Source: an uncultured Thermodesulfobacteriota bacterium (lineage in GTDB: Bacteria; Desulfobacterota; GWC2-55-46; JADFVP01). From it: a DNA stretch of 64,000 nt. Where the stretch lies: NCBI GenBank assembly GCA_964472295.1, contig CAYYJQ010000007.1:302-64301 (forward strand), written 5' to 3'. The notes below the pieces were generated by a model. It saw nothing but the letters and a program-made list of their open reading frames with translations. It did no database searches and was not told the DNA's origin. Each line of letters opens with the position of its first letter. Position 1 is the first letter of the stretch. This document shows positions 9,281 through 19,236 of the stretch, piece by piece. The position numbers were made by a program, and so were the translations under genes.

Positions 9281-9308
9281 GTATTAAAAAACATACCAAC
9301 AGGAAACC

Positions 9309-12300
9309 TTGGATACCGTAAAATTTTCCATAACAAAGCCAGTTACCATTATCGTTGGCGTAATCTTCGTGGCGCTCTTCGGCCTCATAGGGCTCTTCTC
9401 CATGCCCTATCAGCTGAGCCCCAATGTCTCCATGCCAGAGATAGCCGTCACAACTGCCTGGCCCGGCGCCACGCCCTTTGAGGTCGAACGCGACATCATC
9501 GAGGAGCAGGAAAAGGTATTAAAGGGAATCCCCGGGCTTGAGACAATGGAGAGCACGTCCTCGGACAACCTCGGCTCCATTACCCTTCGTTTTTCCATAA
9601 AGACCGATGTTGACGACGCACTACTTAGAGTCTCGAACAAACTCAACGAGGTGCGCAGATATCCCCAGAACGTGGAACGCCCAATCATAAACTCCACGGG
9701 CACGGAGACGGCCCCTGTCATCTGGAACATACTAAAACCCCTTCCCGGCAACAAGAGACCTGTCTATACCTACAGGACCTTCTTTGAGAACGAAGTCCGC
9801 CAGCGCCTTGAGCGCGTCGAGGGCGTGGCCGATCTCATGGTGGCAGGCGGACGCGAAAAAGAGATGCACGTCGTCATAAACCCCTCGCGCCTTGCCTCCT
9901 ATGGTATATCCATTACGGAACTCTCGGCAATCCTGTCTGCTGACAACGTGAATATTTCAGCCGGCACAATGGGCGTTGGGCGAAGAGAGTTCCGTATCAG
10001 GACCATTGGAGAGGCGCGCACCCCGGAAGAACTCGGCAGGATAGTCATACGCGACACCGGTCAGGAACGGACCCTCCTTAAGGACATCGCCACCCTTAAG
10101 TATGGATACGAAAAACCCGACGTAGCCATGTTCCAGGATGGCAATCAGGGCATAGCCGTTGGCATAAAGCCCGCGCCAGACGCCAATATCCTTGAACTCA
10201 CGGACCGCGTGGAAAAGGTCGTAAAAGACCTTAACAAGGGGCTCCTCAAGGACAATGGCCTCTCCTTCACATGGGTCTATGACCAGCGCCCCTATATTAA
10301 CGGCGCCATAGGACTAGTGAGAAAGAACATGCTCATAGGGGGCGCGCTGGCCATAATAACCCTCCTTGTCTTTCTCGGGAGTTTTTCCTCCACACTTGTC
10401 GTGGCCGTGGCCATACCCATAAGCGTCATAGGGACATTTCTCTTCATGGCCCTCCTTGGCAGGAACCTGAACGTCGTGAGCCTCGCTGGCATAAGCTTTG
10501 CCGTGGGTATGCTCGTCGATAACTCCATTGTTGTCCTTGAGAATATCGACAGGCACCTTCACATGGGCAAAAGCCCCTTCAAGGCCGCCTATGACGGCAC
10601 TGTGGAGGTCTGGGGCGCTGTCTTCGCATCCACCATGACCACTGCCGCAGTCTTCCTCCCCGTTATCTTCATGAAGGAAGAGGCGGGTCAGCTCTTTCGA
10701 GACATCGCCCTTGCCATTACCTTCAGCGTGGCCATAAGCCTCGTCGTCTCCGTCACTGTCATCCCCATGCTCTCAAAGAGGCTCCTTGCCATCTCTCTCA
10801 AGCGAAGCAAGGGCAAGAAGACTGGTCTGGGCAGATTCTCATCCATTGGAAAGGGACTCACAGGCGCGTACATGGGCCTTGTGGGCTGGGCCATAAAGAC
10901 TCCCCTTACGCGCATTGTAACCATCTTCACCCTCCTCATACTCGCCGGGGCCTCTGTCTTCTTTCTCATGCCCAAGATGGAGTATCTTCCACAGGGCAAC
11001 CGCAACCTCCTCATGAACATACTTATCCCGCCGCCCGGTATCTCCTACACCGAGAGAAGGGACATCTGGAAGGAAAATATCTTCAAGACCATAGAGCCCC
11101 ACCTCCATAAAGAGACAGGAGGCCTGCCCGCCATAAAACATACCTTTTACGTGGGCTCCGGCGAGTTCACCCTCTTTGGCGCCATGTCCGAAGACCCCTC
11201 GCGGGTGCGCGAACTCATACCCCTCTTCAGACGAGCCATATTCAACATTCCGGGCTTTTTCGGCATCAGCACTCAGGCCAGCATCTTCCAGACACGGCTC
11301 GGAAGAGGACGCACCATTGACATTGACTTTAGCGGCCCGGAGATAACGAACCTTGTCAGGGCCGCGGGAGCAACCTACGGAATGCTTAAAAAAGAGATAC
11401 CAGAGGTGCAGATAAGGCCCGTGCCCTCTCTTGAGATTCAGTTCCCGGAGGTGAGGATAGTGCCGGACCGCCCGAGGCTCAGGGCCGCGGGCATGAGCGT
11501 GGCAGACCTTGGGATAATAACGGACGTTCTCATGGACGGGAGAAAGATAGCAGACTTCAAGCCAGAGGGGAGCAAGAAGATAGACCTTGTCTTAAAGACC
11601 CCGGAGGGCCGCATCGCCACGCCAGAGGACCTCTACGAGACTCAGATAACAACCCCCCTTGGCCCTGTCGTGCCCCTCTCGTCCCTCTCCACTCTTGAGC
11701 GCACAAACGGCATAACAAAGATAAGGCATCTTGAACGGCTCCGAACAATAACACTTCAGGTAACGCCTCCCCGGTACATACCCCTTGAGTCTGTAATGGA
11801 CGGCATTCAGGACAAACTCATACCTGGCATAAAAAAGGCCGGCATCCTCCGCGGCGTGAACGTGCGCCTCAGCGGAGCCGCCGACAAACTCACGGAGATG
11901 AGAAAATCGCTTCAATGGAACTTTATCCTCGCCGCAGTCATTACCTATCTCCTCATGTCAGCGCTCTTTGGAAACTTCATCTATCCCATCATAGTCATGT
12001 TCACCGTGCCCCTTGCAGGCGCCGGCGGGTTCATAGGCCTGAGACTCGTAAACCTCTTCATAGCCCCCTCGCCCCTTGATATACTCACCATGCTGGGGTT
12101 CATTATACTCATAGGCGTTGTCGTGAATAACGCCATACTCATAGTGCACCAGTCACTCAACTTCATACGCCTTGAGGGCATGGAACACCGTGAGGCCGTG
12201 CTCAAGGCAACGCGCACAAGGCTGAGGCCCATATACATGAGCGCCTTTACGAGCGTCCTTGGCATGTTGCCCCTTGTGGTGGCCCCGGGGCCGGGCTCCG

Positions 12301-12440
12301 AACTATACAGGGGCCTTGGTAGCGTAGTCCTCGGGGGACTCGCCATATCAACCATCTTTACGGTCCTCGTAATACCCGCGCTCCTCATGTTTGTAATAAG
12401 GCTTGAAAAACCGGGCAGCGCCATGGAAAAACACCTCTAA
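9309..12440 (+). CDS. Efflux RND transporter permease (AcrB/HAE1 family)
   Basis: 1043 aa with 12 TMS and two large periplasmic loops, AcrB-like. TTG start preceded by AGGAAAC. Confidence 0.9.
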   Translation: MDTVKFSITKPVTIIVGVIFVALFGLIGLFSMPYQLSPNVSMPEIAVTTAWPGATPFEVERDIIEEQEKVLKGIPGLETMESTSSDNLGSITLRFSIKTDVDDALLRVSNKLNEVRRYPQNVERPIINSTGTETAPVIWNILKPLPGNKRPVYTYRTFFENEVRQRLERVEGVADLMVAGGREKEMHVVINPSRLASYGISITELSAILSADNVNISAGTMGVGRREFRIRTIGEARTPEELGRIVIRDTGQERTLLKDIATLKYGYEKPDVAMFQDGNQGIAVGIKPAPDANILELTDRVEKVVKDLNKGLLKDNGLSFTWVYDQRPYINGAIGLVRKNMLIGGALAIITLLVFLGSFSSTLVVAVAIPISVIGTFLFMALLGRNLNVVSLAGISFAVGMLVDNSIVVLENIDRHLHMGKSPFKAAYDGTVEVWGAVFASTMTTAAVFLPVIFMKEEAGQLFRDIALAITFSVAISLVVSVTVIPMLSKRLLAISLKRSKGKKTGLGRFSSIGKGLTGAYMGLVGWAIKTPLTRIVTIFTLLILAGASVFFLMPKMEYLPQGNRNLLMNILIPPPGISYTERRDIWKENIFKTIEPHLHKETGGLPAIKHTFYVGSGEFTLFGAMSEDPSRVRELIPLFRRAIFNIPGFFGISTQASIFQTRLGRGRTIDIDFSGPEITNLVRAAGATYGMLKKEIPEVQIRPVPSLEIQFPEVRIVPDRPRLRAAGMSVADLGIITDVLMDGRKIADFKPEGSKKIDLVLKTPEGRIATPEDLYETQITTPLGPVVPLSSLSTLERTNGITKIRHLERLRTITLQVTPPRYIPLESVMDGIQDKLIPGIKKAGILRGVNVRLSGAADKLTEMRKSLQWNFILAAVITYLLMSALFGNFIYPIIVMFTVPLAGAGGFIGLRLVNLFIAPSPLDILTMLGFIILIGVVVNNAILIVHQSLNFIRLEGMEHREAVLKATRTRLRPIYMSAFTSVLGMLPLVVAPGPGSELYRGLGSVVLGGLAISTIFTVLVIPALLMFVIRLEKPGSAMEKHL

Positions 12441-12449
12441 AAAAAAATC

Positions 12450-12600
12450 TCGCGGGCTGGGTTTCGTCCATTATTGGTTTTCTTTGTCTTACTTTCTTTT
12501 TTCAAAAAGAAATTAAGAAAGTCTTTTCATATTCTTCTGTCTGCGAAACCCACCCTCTCCTTCTCTCTTTTTTTGTTTTTTGTGGGCAAAGCCCACGACC
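12450..12600. repeat. Family-1 repeat cluster (A', D, B-fragment, A') between convergent RND pump and apt genes
   Basis: D module TTGGTTTTCTTTGTCTTACTTTCTTTTTTCAAAAAGAAATTAAG 12475-12516. GTGGGCAAAGCCCAC 12582-12596. GCGAAACCCACCC fragment. Confidence 0.75.
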
Positions 12601-12647
12601 ACACCCATCTTTTTTTCTTCTTCCGCGGCACCACCCCAAAAAAAAAC

Positions 12648-13166
12648 TCAGAACTTAAGGAGCGAGAAGACCGGGCTATCGCCGAGTTTTTCCCTGCCCT
12701 TCAGTTCTTCAAGTTCTATTATAAAGGCGCACTCCACTATCTCGCCGCCCATGTCCCGCACAAGGTCGGCCACCGCCCCTGCCGTGCCGCCGGTCGCGAG
12801 GAGGTCGTCGGCAATTACTACCCTCTGCCCCTTTTCTATGGCGTCCTGGTGTATCTCCAGCGTGTCCTCGCCGTACTCAAGGCTGTAAGTGGCGCTGTGC
12901 GTCTTATGGGGGAGTTTGCCAGGTTTTCTCACAAGAACGACTCCGGCGCCGAGTTTATAGGCAAGGGCCGCCCCGATGATAAAACCCCTTGCCTCCACTC
13001 CCACAACAAGGTCAATATCCTTGCCAACATACCTGTGACCAAGCAGATCAACAGTGCGTTGAAAACACTGTGCGTCCTTGCAGAGCGTTGTGATGTCCTT
13101 AAAAAGTATGCCTTTTTTTGGAAAATCAGGTATATTTCTTATTGATTCCTTTAATTTTTCCGTCAT
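12648..13166 (-). CDS. apt: Adenine phosphoribosyltransferase
   Basis: 172 aa with PRPP-binding motif [13 protein letters not shown] and overall Apt similarity. Confidence 0.9.
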   Translation of the reverse strand: MTEKLKESIRNIPDFPKKGILFKDITTLCKDAQCFQRTVDLLGHRYVGKDIDLVVGVEARGFIIGAALAYKLGAGVVLVRKPGKLPHKTHSATYSLEYGEDTLEIHQDAIEKGQRVVIADDLLATGGTAGAVADLVRDMGGEIVECAFIIELEELKGREKLGDSPVFSLLKF

Positions 13167-13214
13167 TCTCGCTCTCCTTTATCTCTTTTTTTTATCTCCC
13201 CCTGCTAACCGCCT

Positions 13215-13898
13215 TCATGGAAGAAAAAAAAGCGGGTTTACAGGGCGTTTGCCCTCTCTTACCTCGAAGTGGATAAACACGTCCTTCTCGTCCCTTACCC
13301 CTGCCCTTGCGATTACCTCGCCCTTCTTTACGCGTTCGCCCCTCTTTACGGCATTGACCTTGTTATTTGCGTACACTGTGTAAATGTCATGCTCGTGTTT
13401 TATTATGATTATCTTGCCGTAAGCCTGAAAGGAATCAGCCACATAGACCACCTCGCCGTCATTGGCGGCCCTTACGGGCGTGTCCCTTCCCGCGCGTATA
13501 TCAATGCCGTCGTTCCGTATGCCGTCCTTCTTGCCAAAGGTGCGAAGGAGCCTTCCGCGAAGAGGCCACTGGAACCCCCCTCTGTAATGAAGGGGCTCGT
13601 TCCGCGTGGAAACTGCCCTTGAAGACTGCGCGGGCCCTGGCCTTGAAGAGGCCTCTGCCGGCGGAACCCTCAAGGTCTTTTTAGCGCCCGGTATATAGAG
13701 CCTTGTGCCTGCGCGTATATCCGTGGGGTCTTTTATGTGGTTGGCCCTTATGACCCTCGACATGCTCACATCATAGGTATGGGCTATCCTCCAGAGGGTC
13801 TCGCCTTTCCTCACCCTGTGATACACCCCCCCGCCAAGGCACGACGTGAGCGCGAAGGCAAGCCCCAGAAGGCCAACGCACCACCTCACGCGCATGGC
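13215..13898 (-). CDS. LysM-domain M23 peptidase lipoprotein (NlpD-like)
   Basis: Lipoprotein signal MRVRWCVGLLGLAFALTSC, LysM (YHRVRKGETLWRIAHTYDV) and C-terminal M23 domain. The track ORF extends to 13976 via GTG, but the lipobox supports ATG at 13898. Confidence 0.75.
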   Translation of the reverse strand, partial: AMRVRWCVGLLGLAFALTSCLGGGVYHRVRKGETLWRIAHTYDVSMSRVIRANHIKDPTDIRAGTRLYIPGAKKTLRVPPAEASSRPGPAQSSRAVSTRNEPLHYRGGFQWPLRGRLLRTFGKKDGIRNDGIDIRAGRDTPVRAANDGEVVYVADSFQAYGKIIIIKHEHDIYTVYANNKVNAVKRGERVKKGEVIARAGVRDEKDVFIHFEVREGKRPVNPLFFLP

Positions 13899-13972
13899 CT
13901 TCCTGCCTTTCCCAACAAGACTGCAAAAGCGCTCCAATATCATAATCCACGCCCCTCCCCATAAGGCGCGGC

Positions 13973-14479
13973 TCACCGCCCTCTCGATTTACTCTCCGCC
14001 CCTCTTATGGCCATCCGAATGGCTTCTTCGGGCGTAGCCGCGACAAGGACCTCTTCCGAGACCTCCCACGTCAATAGCCCTATGACGGCCTTACTCGCCT
14101 TGAGTCCAAGGGCTATCTCCGAGAGCGTGCCAAAACTTCCGCCAATGGCGATAAGTGCCTCTGCCGCGCGCACGATAAGGGCATTTCGCATATCCCCGAG
14201 ACCTGTTGGAATAACCACATCAATATAAGGGTTCGCAGACCCGGCGTCAAGGCCCGGAAGTATGCCAACGGTAAGGCCTCCCCCTGCCCTGCACCCCTCT
14301 GCCGATGCCTCCATGACACCGCCAAGACCACCATTTACGAGGCCAAACCCGGCGCGTCCTATGAGGCGGCCCACCTCGAATGCGAGTCTATTTATCTTAC
14401 CCTCGCACTTTGAGGCGCCGATTACGCCAATTAAGGGCCTCTTTCCTGAATCGCCCTGTAAAATAATGTCTTTTTTCAT
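13973..14479 (-). CDS. LOG/TIGR00725-family Rossmann-fold nucleotide-binding protein
   Basis: 168 aa with GGGxGxMEA and PGGxGTxxE-like motifs of the LOG family. Confidence 0.7.
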   Translation of the reverse strand: MKKDIILQGDSGKRPLIGVIGASKCEGKINRLAFEVGRLIGRAGFGLVNGGLGGVMEASAEGCRAGGGLTVGILPGLDAGSANPYIDVVIPTGLGDMRNALIVRAAEALIAIGGSFGTLSEIALGLKASKAVIGLLTWEVSEEVLVAATPEEAIRMAIRGAESKSRGR

Positions 14480-14480
14480 A

Positions 14481-15062
14481 TCAGAGCGCTAACTTCATGA
14501 CAACAAAGCCGCCTATAATGATGATGACAAGCGCAAGGGTGAGTATATTAAAGTATTTGTCTATGAAAAGACGTATCGGCTCGCCGTACTTCCTGATAAG
14601 GAGGGCGATTATAAAAAACCTCGCGGAACGGCTTACAAAAGAAGCCGCGATGAATACGAAAAAATTAATCCTGAAGGCCCCCGCCGTAATGGTGAAGACC
14701 TTGTAGGGTATGGGAGTAAAACCCGCTATTGCCACTGCCCATGCGTCGTAATGCCTGTAAAGTTCTTGAATATAGGCGTATTTATCCGTAAGTCCGTAAA
14801 GGTCGATTATATGAGTCCCCACGAACTCCATGAAGTAAAGCCCTATGCCATAGCCGAATGCCCCGCCAAGCACGGAGCCCACCGAGGCGATTAGCGCGAA
14901 GTACAGGGAGCGCGCCGGGATGGAAAGGGCAAGGGCAATGAGGAGCACGTCCGGGGGAATGGGAAAAAAAGACGACTCCGCAAAGGCCAGCACAAAAAGG
15001 GCCCATGCCCCGTAAGGAGTGTGCGCCCAGCTAAGAACCCAGTTGTATAAACGCCTCGGCAT
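14481..15062 (-). CDS. YqaA/DedA-type membrane protein (VTT domain)
   Basis: 193-aa polytopic protein with similarity to YqaA family proteins. Confidence 0.65.
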   Translation of the reverse strand: MPRRLYNWVLSWAHTPYGAWALFVLAFAESSFFPIPPDVLLIALALSIPARSLYFALIASVGSVLGGAFGYGIGLYFMEFVGTHIIDLYGLTDKYAYIQELYRHYDAWAVAIAGFTPIPYKVFTITAGAFRINFFVFIAASFVSRSARFFIIALLIRKYGEPIRLFIDKYFNILTLALVIIIIGGFVVMKLAL

Positions 15063-15075
15063 AAAAAAAATCCCC

Positions 15076-15190
15076 CTTATTTTCTTTTAGAAAAAGAAAG
15101 TAAGACAAAGAAAACCAATGCCAGCGGCCCTTGGCCGCTGGATTTTGTAGAGAAGTCTCGCAGGTTGGGTAGAGCAAAGCGAAACCCGAC
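15076..15190. repeat. Family-1 repeat cluster (D-rc, C, B) between yqaA-like and pcm genes
   Basis: CTTATTTTCTTTTAGAAAAAGAAAGTAAGACAAAGAAAACCAA 15076-15118. CCAGCGGCCCTTGGCCGCTGG 15121-15141. GTTGGGTAGAGCAAAGCGAAACCCGAC 15164-15190. Confidence 0.8.
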
Positions 15191-15207
15191 AAAAAAACTC
15201 ACCAGCC

Positions 15208-15888
15208 TTAGGCGGGCCAGCCCTCTCTGCCTACGAGTTTCACGAACCTGCAGGGGCCGAGGACTTCCCTCGTGAAGCCGCGGCCCGTTCTCTGCACAAG
15301 CACGATCTGCTGGTCTTCATACTCTTCACCAACGGGCATGATGAGCCTCCCGCCGGGGGCTAATTGCCTCAAGAGCGATTCCGGTACACAAGGGCCGGCG
15401 GCCCCGACTATTATGGCCCCAAAGGGGGCCTCCTCGGCCCAGCCGAGGGTGCCGTCCCCTACCCTTACCACCACGTTGGCGCAGTGAAAATCATCAAGAA
15501 GCCGCCTTGCCCTTGCCGCTATGCGCGCGAGCCTCTCCACGCAGAAGACCCTTTCCGCGAGGAGCGAGAGCACGGCGCTCTGATACCCGGAACCAGAGCC
15601 AATGTCAAGGACCTTTTCCGTGCCCTTGAGCCCGAGCCTCTCTATCATGAAGGCCACCATATAGGGCTGTGTTATGGTCTGCTTCTCCCCGATGGGAAGG
15701 GCGTGGTCGCCATAAGCGCGTGCCGTGAAACCCTCTTCCACAAAGAGATGGCGCGGCACCATGGTCATGGCCTTCAGGAGGCGCTCGTCCTTTATGCCGC
15801 GGGCCTTTATCTGTTCCTCCACCATGCGGGCACGGGATATGGCAAAGGTATCGCGCTTCTTTACGCGTATGCCGCGGGGGTTTACCAT
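15208..15888 (-). CDS. pcm: Protein-L-isoaspartate O-methyltransferase
   Basis: SAM motif LDIGSGSGY and Pcm-like N-terminus ARMVEEQIKARGI. Start trimmed to M45 of the track ORF based on typical Pcm length. Follows surE. Confidence 0.85.
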   Translation of the reverse strand: MVNPRGIRVKKRDTFAISRARMVEEQIKARGIKDERLLKAMTMVPRHLFVEEGFTARAYGDHALPIGEKQTITQPYMVAFMIERLGLKGTEKVLDIGSGSGYQSAVLSLLAERVFCVERLARIAARARRLLDDFHCANVVVRVGDGTLGWAEEAPFGAIIVGAAGPCVPESLLRQLAPGGRLIMPVGEEYEDQQIVLVQRTGRGFTREVLGPCRFVKLVGREGWPA

Positions 15889-15925
15889 GAAGGCCCCTTG
15901 GCGCTCGGGGGCCGCGTTCCTGAGA

Positions 15926-16672
15926 TTAAAAAACCCAATCTTTAAGTCTCTCCATGGAGGTATAATTGGTAAGGTCAAAATGAAGGGGCGTAATGGATAT
16001 ATAACCCTCATCAAGGGCATGGAAGTCCGAGTCTTCTCCGCCTTCCCAGCGTGCCATCTCTCCGCCTATCCAGAAGTACTTCCTGCCCCTGGGGTCTTTT
16101 TTCTCTATTACCACGTCTGTGAAAAAACGCTTTCCAAGCCGTGTTATCCTCTGGCCCTTGATCTCCAGCCCTCCGGGCACGTTCACATTCAGAAGCGTAT
16201 CGGGCGGAAGGCCCTCTCTTAGCACACGCTCTGATATGCGCGCCGCAAAACCCGCGGCCTCGTCAAGCGATGCCTGGCCCTGTGGAGGCCCAAGGGATAT
16301 GGCGAGAGAGGGAATACCGAGCATGGTTCCCTCCATGGCCGCAGAGACCGTGCCGGAATACAGGACATCCTCGCCAAGGTTTGTGCCCATATTTATGCCC
16401 GAGAGCACCATGTCGGGCATACGCGGAAGAATGGAGTTAACGGCAAGGGTAACGCAGTCCGTGGGCGTGCCGTCAATGGCGTACTCATCAGGGCCTGTCT
16501 TCGTAACCCTCAGGGGCCGGTGCAGGGTCAGGGAATGGCTCGCCGCGCTCCTCTCCCTGTCAGGGGCAACGACATATACATGGGCTATCTCCCTCATGGC
16601 GGCTACGAGGGTCTTTAGTCCAGGCGAGTGTATGCCGTCGTCATTGGAAATGAGTATGACTTTTCTCTCCAT
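15926..16672 (-). CDS. surE: 5'/3'-nucleotidase SurE
   Basis: N-terminal ILISNDDGIHSPG motif and 248 aa length. Classic surE-pcm pair. Confidence 0.9.
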   Translation of the reverse strand: MERKVILISNDDGIHSPGLKTLVAAMREIAHVYVVAPDRERSAASHSLTLHRPLRVTKTGPDEYAIDGTPTDCVTLAVNSILPRMPDMVLSGINMGTNLGEDVLYSGTVSAAMEGTMLGIPSLAISLGPPQGQASLDEAAGFAARISERVLREGLPPDTLLNVNVPGGLEIKGQRITRLGKRFFTDVVIEKKDPRGRKYFWIGGEMARWEGGEDSDFHALDEGYISITPLHFDLTNYTSMERLKDWVF

Positions 16673-16820
16673 GTCAATCCTGTGAGACGAATTTTAGTCA
16701 GTCTCTAAATATAAAGTAAAGGCCTCCTTAATTCAATCATTATTCCAATGGAATTTTTTCCGCGTCCCTCTGCTCCACTCTGTTGACTTTAATGAGTTAT
16801 TGCATTATTCTATTGCCACA

Positions 16821-17885
16821 ATGAATAAAAAAGGTCTTACCTACAAGGGTTCGGGCGTTGATATACGCGAGGGGCAGAGGCTCGTAAGCCTCATAACCCC
16901 GGCCATAAAAAAAACCATGAGAAGAGAGGTGCAGGGAGGGCCCGGAGGTTTCGGGGCCCTCTTCAACGCCTCTTTCAGGTCAATTAAAAACCCGGTGCTC
17001 GTCTCCTCCACGGACGGCGTTGGGACAAAACTAATCGTGGCCTTCATGGCGGGAAAAGACTCCACTGTGGGTATTGACCTTGTCGCGATGAACGTAAACG
17101 ATATTCTTACATCTGGGGCGGAACCTCTCTTTTTTCTTGATTATTTCGCCACAGGAAGCCTTGACGCAAAGAGGGCCGCGAAGGTCATAAAGGGCATTGC
17201 CGCAGGGTGCGAAGACGCTGGTTGCGCCCTTGTGGGGGGTGAGACGGCGGAGATGCCCGGGCTGTATAAAAGAGGCGAGTACGACCTTGCGGGCTTTGCC
17301 GTTGGAGTTGTGGATAAGAAAAAGGTCGTGAACGGCTCCAACATCAGGAAGGGCGACGTTATAATAGGTCTCTCATCGAGCGGGCTTCACAGCAACGGCT
17401 TTTCCCTCGCCAGAAAGGTCCTCTTTGATACCCTGGGCCTTGAGTTAAATAAAAGTGTAAAGGGCCTTGGCAGGAGGAGCCTCGCAAAGGTCCTCCTTGA
17501 ACCTACGAGGATATACGTAAGGCCTGTCCTAAGTGCCCTTAAAGGGCATAGGATCAAGGGCATGGCCCATATCACGGGCGGGGGTTTTCAGGAGAACATC
17601 CCGAGGACTCTGCCCGAGGGTGTAAAGGCGGTTATTGAGAGGGGTTCGTGGCCAGTGCCGCCTGTTTTCAAACTTATCCGGGAAGGCGGCGCCGTTGCGG
17701 AAGAAGAGATGCTCCGCACCTTTAACTGCGGCGTTGGTTTTATTATTATCACAGGGAAAAAAGACGCAGGTCATCTTCTAAAGTCTCTTGAAAAGAACGG
17801 TGAAAAAGCCTTTATAATCGGTGAGATAGCAAAAAAGGGCCTCAGGGAAGAGGCCGTGGAGTTCAGGGGGCCCGAGATTTTTTAA
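16821..17885 (+). CDS. purM: Phosphoribosylformylglycinamidine cyclo-ligase
   Basis: AIR synthase N- and C-domains (LTYKGSGVDIREGQ). Start chosen at MNKKG. The track ORF begins 21 nt upstream. Confidence 0.9.
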   Translation: MNKKGLTYKGSGVDIREGQRLVSLITPAIKKTMRREVQGGPGGFGALFNASFRSIKNPVLVSSTDGVGTKLIVAFMAGKDSTVGIDLVAMNVNDILTSGAEPLFFLDYFATGSLDAKRAAKVIKGIAAGCEDAGCALVGGETAEMPGLYKRGEYDLAGFAVGVVDKKKVVNGSNIRKGDVIIGLSSSGLHSNGFSLARKVLFDTLGLELNKSVKGLGRRSLAKVLLEPTRIYVRPVLSALKGHRIKGMAHITGGGFQENIPRTLPEGVKAVIERGSWPVPPVFKLIREGGAVAEEEMLRTFNCGVGFIIITGKKDAGHLLKSLEKNGEKAFIIGEIAKKGLREEAVEFRGPEIF

Positions 17886-18086
17886 TCAGTAGATGGGAGC
17901 CTTTCCCATTGGTTTTCCTTGATGTGGTTTCTTAAGCGGTGAGATGCTACTATCATGCGTCCGAGTCTCCATGTAGAGAGGAGCAAGGCCATTCGATTGA
18001 AAGACTATCTTTTTTCCAAAAGAAAGTGGAAAAAAAAGTGGTAAGGGACGTGAAGATATTTTCTCTCTTTTTTATTCGGGGGTATT

Positions 18087-18761
18087 ATGCTCAAGATAGG
18101 CGTGCTTGCCTCGGGGCGCGGCACTAATCTTCAGTGCATAATAGACGCCGTGGAGAACGGTCTCTTGAGGGGCGTAGCCGTTGAGGTGGTCATTAGCGAT
18201 TGTCCCGGCGCCATGGCCCTTGAGCGCGCCAGGAGGCACGGCATTGACGGCGTTCTCATTGACAAGAGGGGTTTTAGCGATAGGACGGACTTTGACGCGG
18301 CCCTGATAGAGGAACTAAAGAGGCGCAGGGTGGGTCTCGTGGTCCTTGCGGGTTTCATGCGCGTGCTCGGTCCGGCCTTTGTAGATGCTTTCCCTGAAAA
18401 AATCATTAACATACACCCCGCCCTTCTGCCCTCTTTTACTGGTCTTCACGTGCATGAGAGGGCCATTGAGGCAGGTGTGCGCTTTTCGGGCTGTACAGTT
18501 CACTTCGTGGACAAGGGTCTTGACACCGGGCCCATTATCATACAGGCTGTTGTTCCCGTGCTTGACGACGACACCGCTGAGAGCCTTGCAGAGAGGATCC
18601 TTCGGGAGGAGCACCGCATACTTCCACAGGCAATTGACCTCTTTAACAGGGGTATCCTATCGATTAGCGGCAGGAGGGTTCTCGTAGCGGACCATGTCCT
18701 GGCAGATGGCTCGGCGGCCCTTGAGAACCCGGTTATAGACCTCCCTGAGTGCGACCGATGA
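18087..18761 (+). CDS. purN: Phosphoribosylglycinamide formyltransferase
   Basis: Formyl-transferase motifs (INIHPALLP, GCTVHFVDKGLDTGPII). Follows purM. Confidence 0.9.
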   Translation: MLKIGVLASGRGTNLQCIIDAVENGLLRGVAVEVVISDCPGAMALERARRHGIDGVLIDKRGFSDRTDFDAALIEELKRRRVGLVVLAGFMRVLGPAFVDAFPEKIINIHPALLPSFTGLHVHERAIEAGVRFSGCTVHFVDKGLDTGPIIIQAVVPVLDDDTAESLAERILREEHRILPQAIDLFNRGILSISGRRVLVADHVLADGSAALENPVIDLPECDR

Positions 18762-19192
18762 GCGATAAACCCGTATTAATAAGCGCATGCCTCATGGGAA
18801 TTGCCACGCGTTATGACGGGACCTGTTCATTCAGTGAAGAGGCCGTGGCCGAGGCGGGCTCCCTGCCCCTGCCCATCTGTCCCGAGCAGTTGGGCGGTCT
18901 TCCAACTCCACGCAAGGCGGCCTTGATAGAGGGCGGCTCTGAAGAAGACGTAATCGAGGGCAGGGCAAGGGTAATTAATGCAGACGGCGAGGATGTAACG
19001 AGTTTTTTTATCCGCGGCGCAGAGGCCGTACTTGAGATAGCGCGCAGGAGCGGGGCTGAAACAGCCCTTCTGAAAGAGCGCAGTCCCTCCTGCGGGGTGA
19101 ATTTTTTGTGCAGAGGCGCCCGCCAGTGTCCTGGCACGGGTGTTACCACGGCGCTGCTCAGGAAAAACGGTATAAAGGTAAAGGGTTTTTAA
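18749..19192 (+). CDS. DUF523-domain protein
   Basis: 147 aa with Cys-rich DUF523-like pattern (ISACLMG, SPSCG). Overlaps purN end by 13 nt. Confidence 0.6.
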   Translation: MRPMSDKPVLISACLMGIATRYDGTCSFSEEAVAEAGSLPLPICPEQLGGLPTPRKAALIEGGSEEDVIEGRARVINADGEDVTSFFIRGAEAVLEIARRSGAETALLKERSPSCGVNFLCRGARQCPGTGVTTALLRKNGIKVKGF

Positions 19193-19236
19193 AATCATTA
19201 TTGACTCAAGATGTTCCCTTAAATGCGAGGTGTGTG

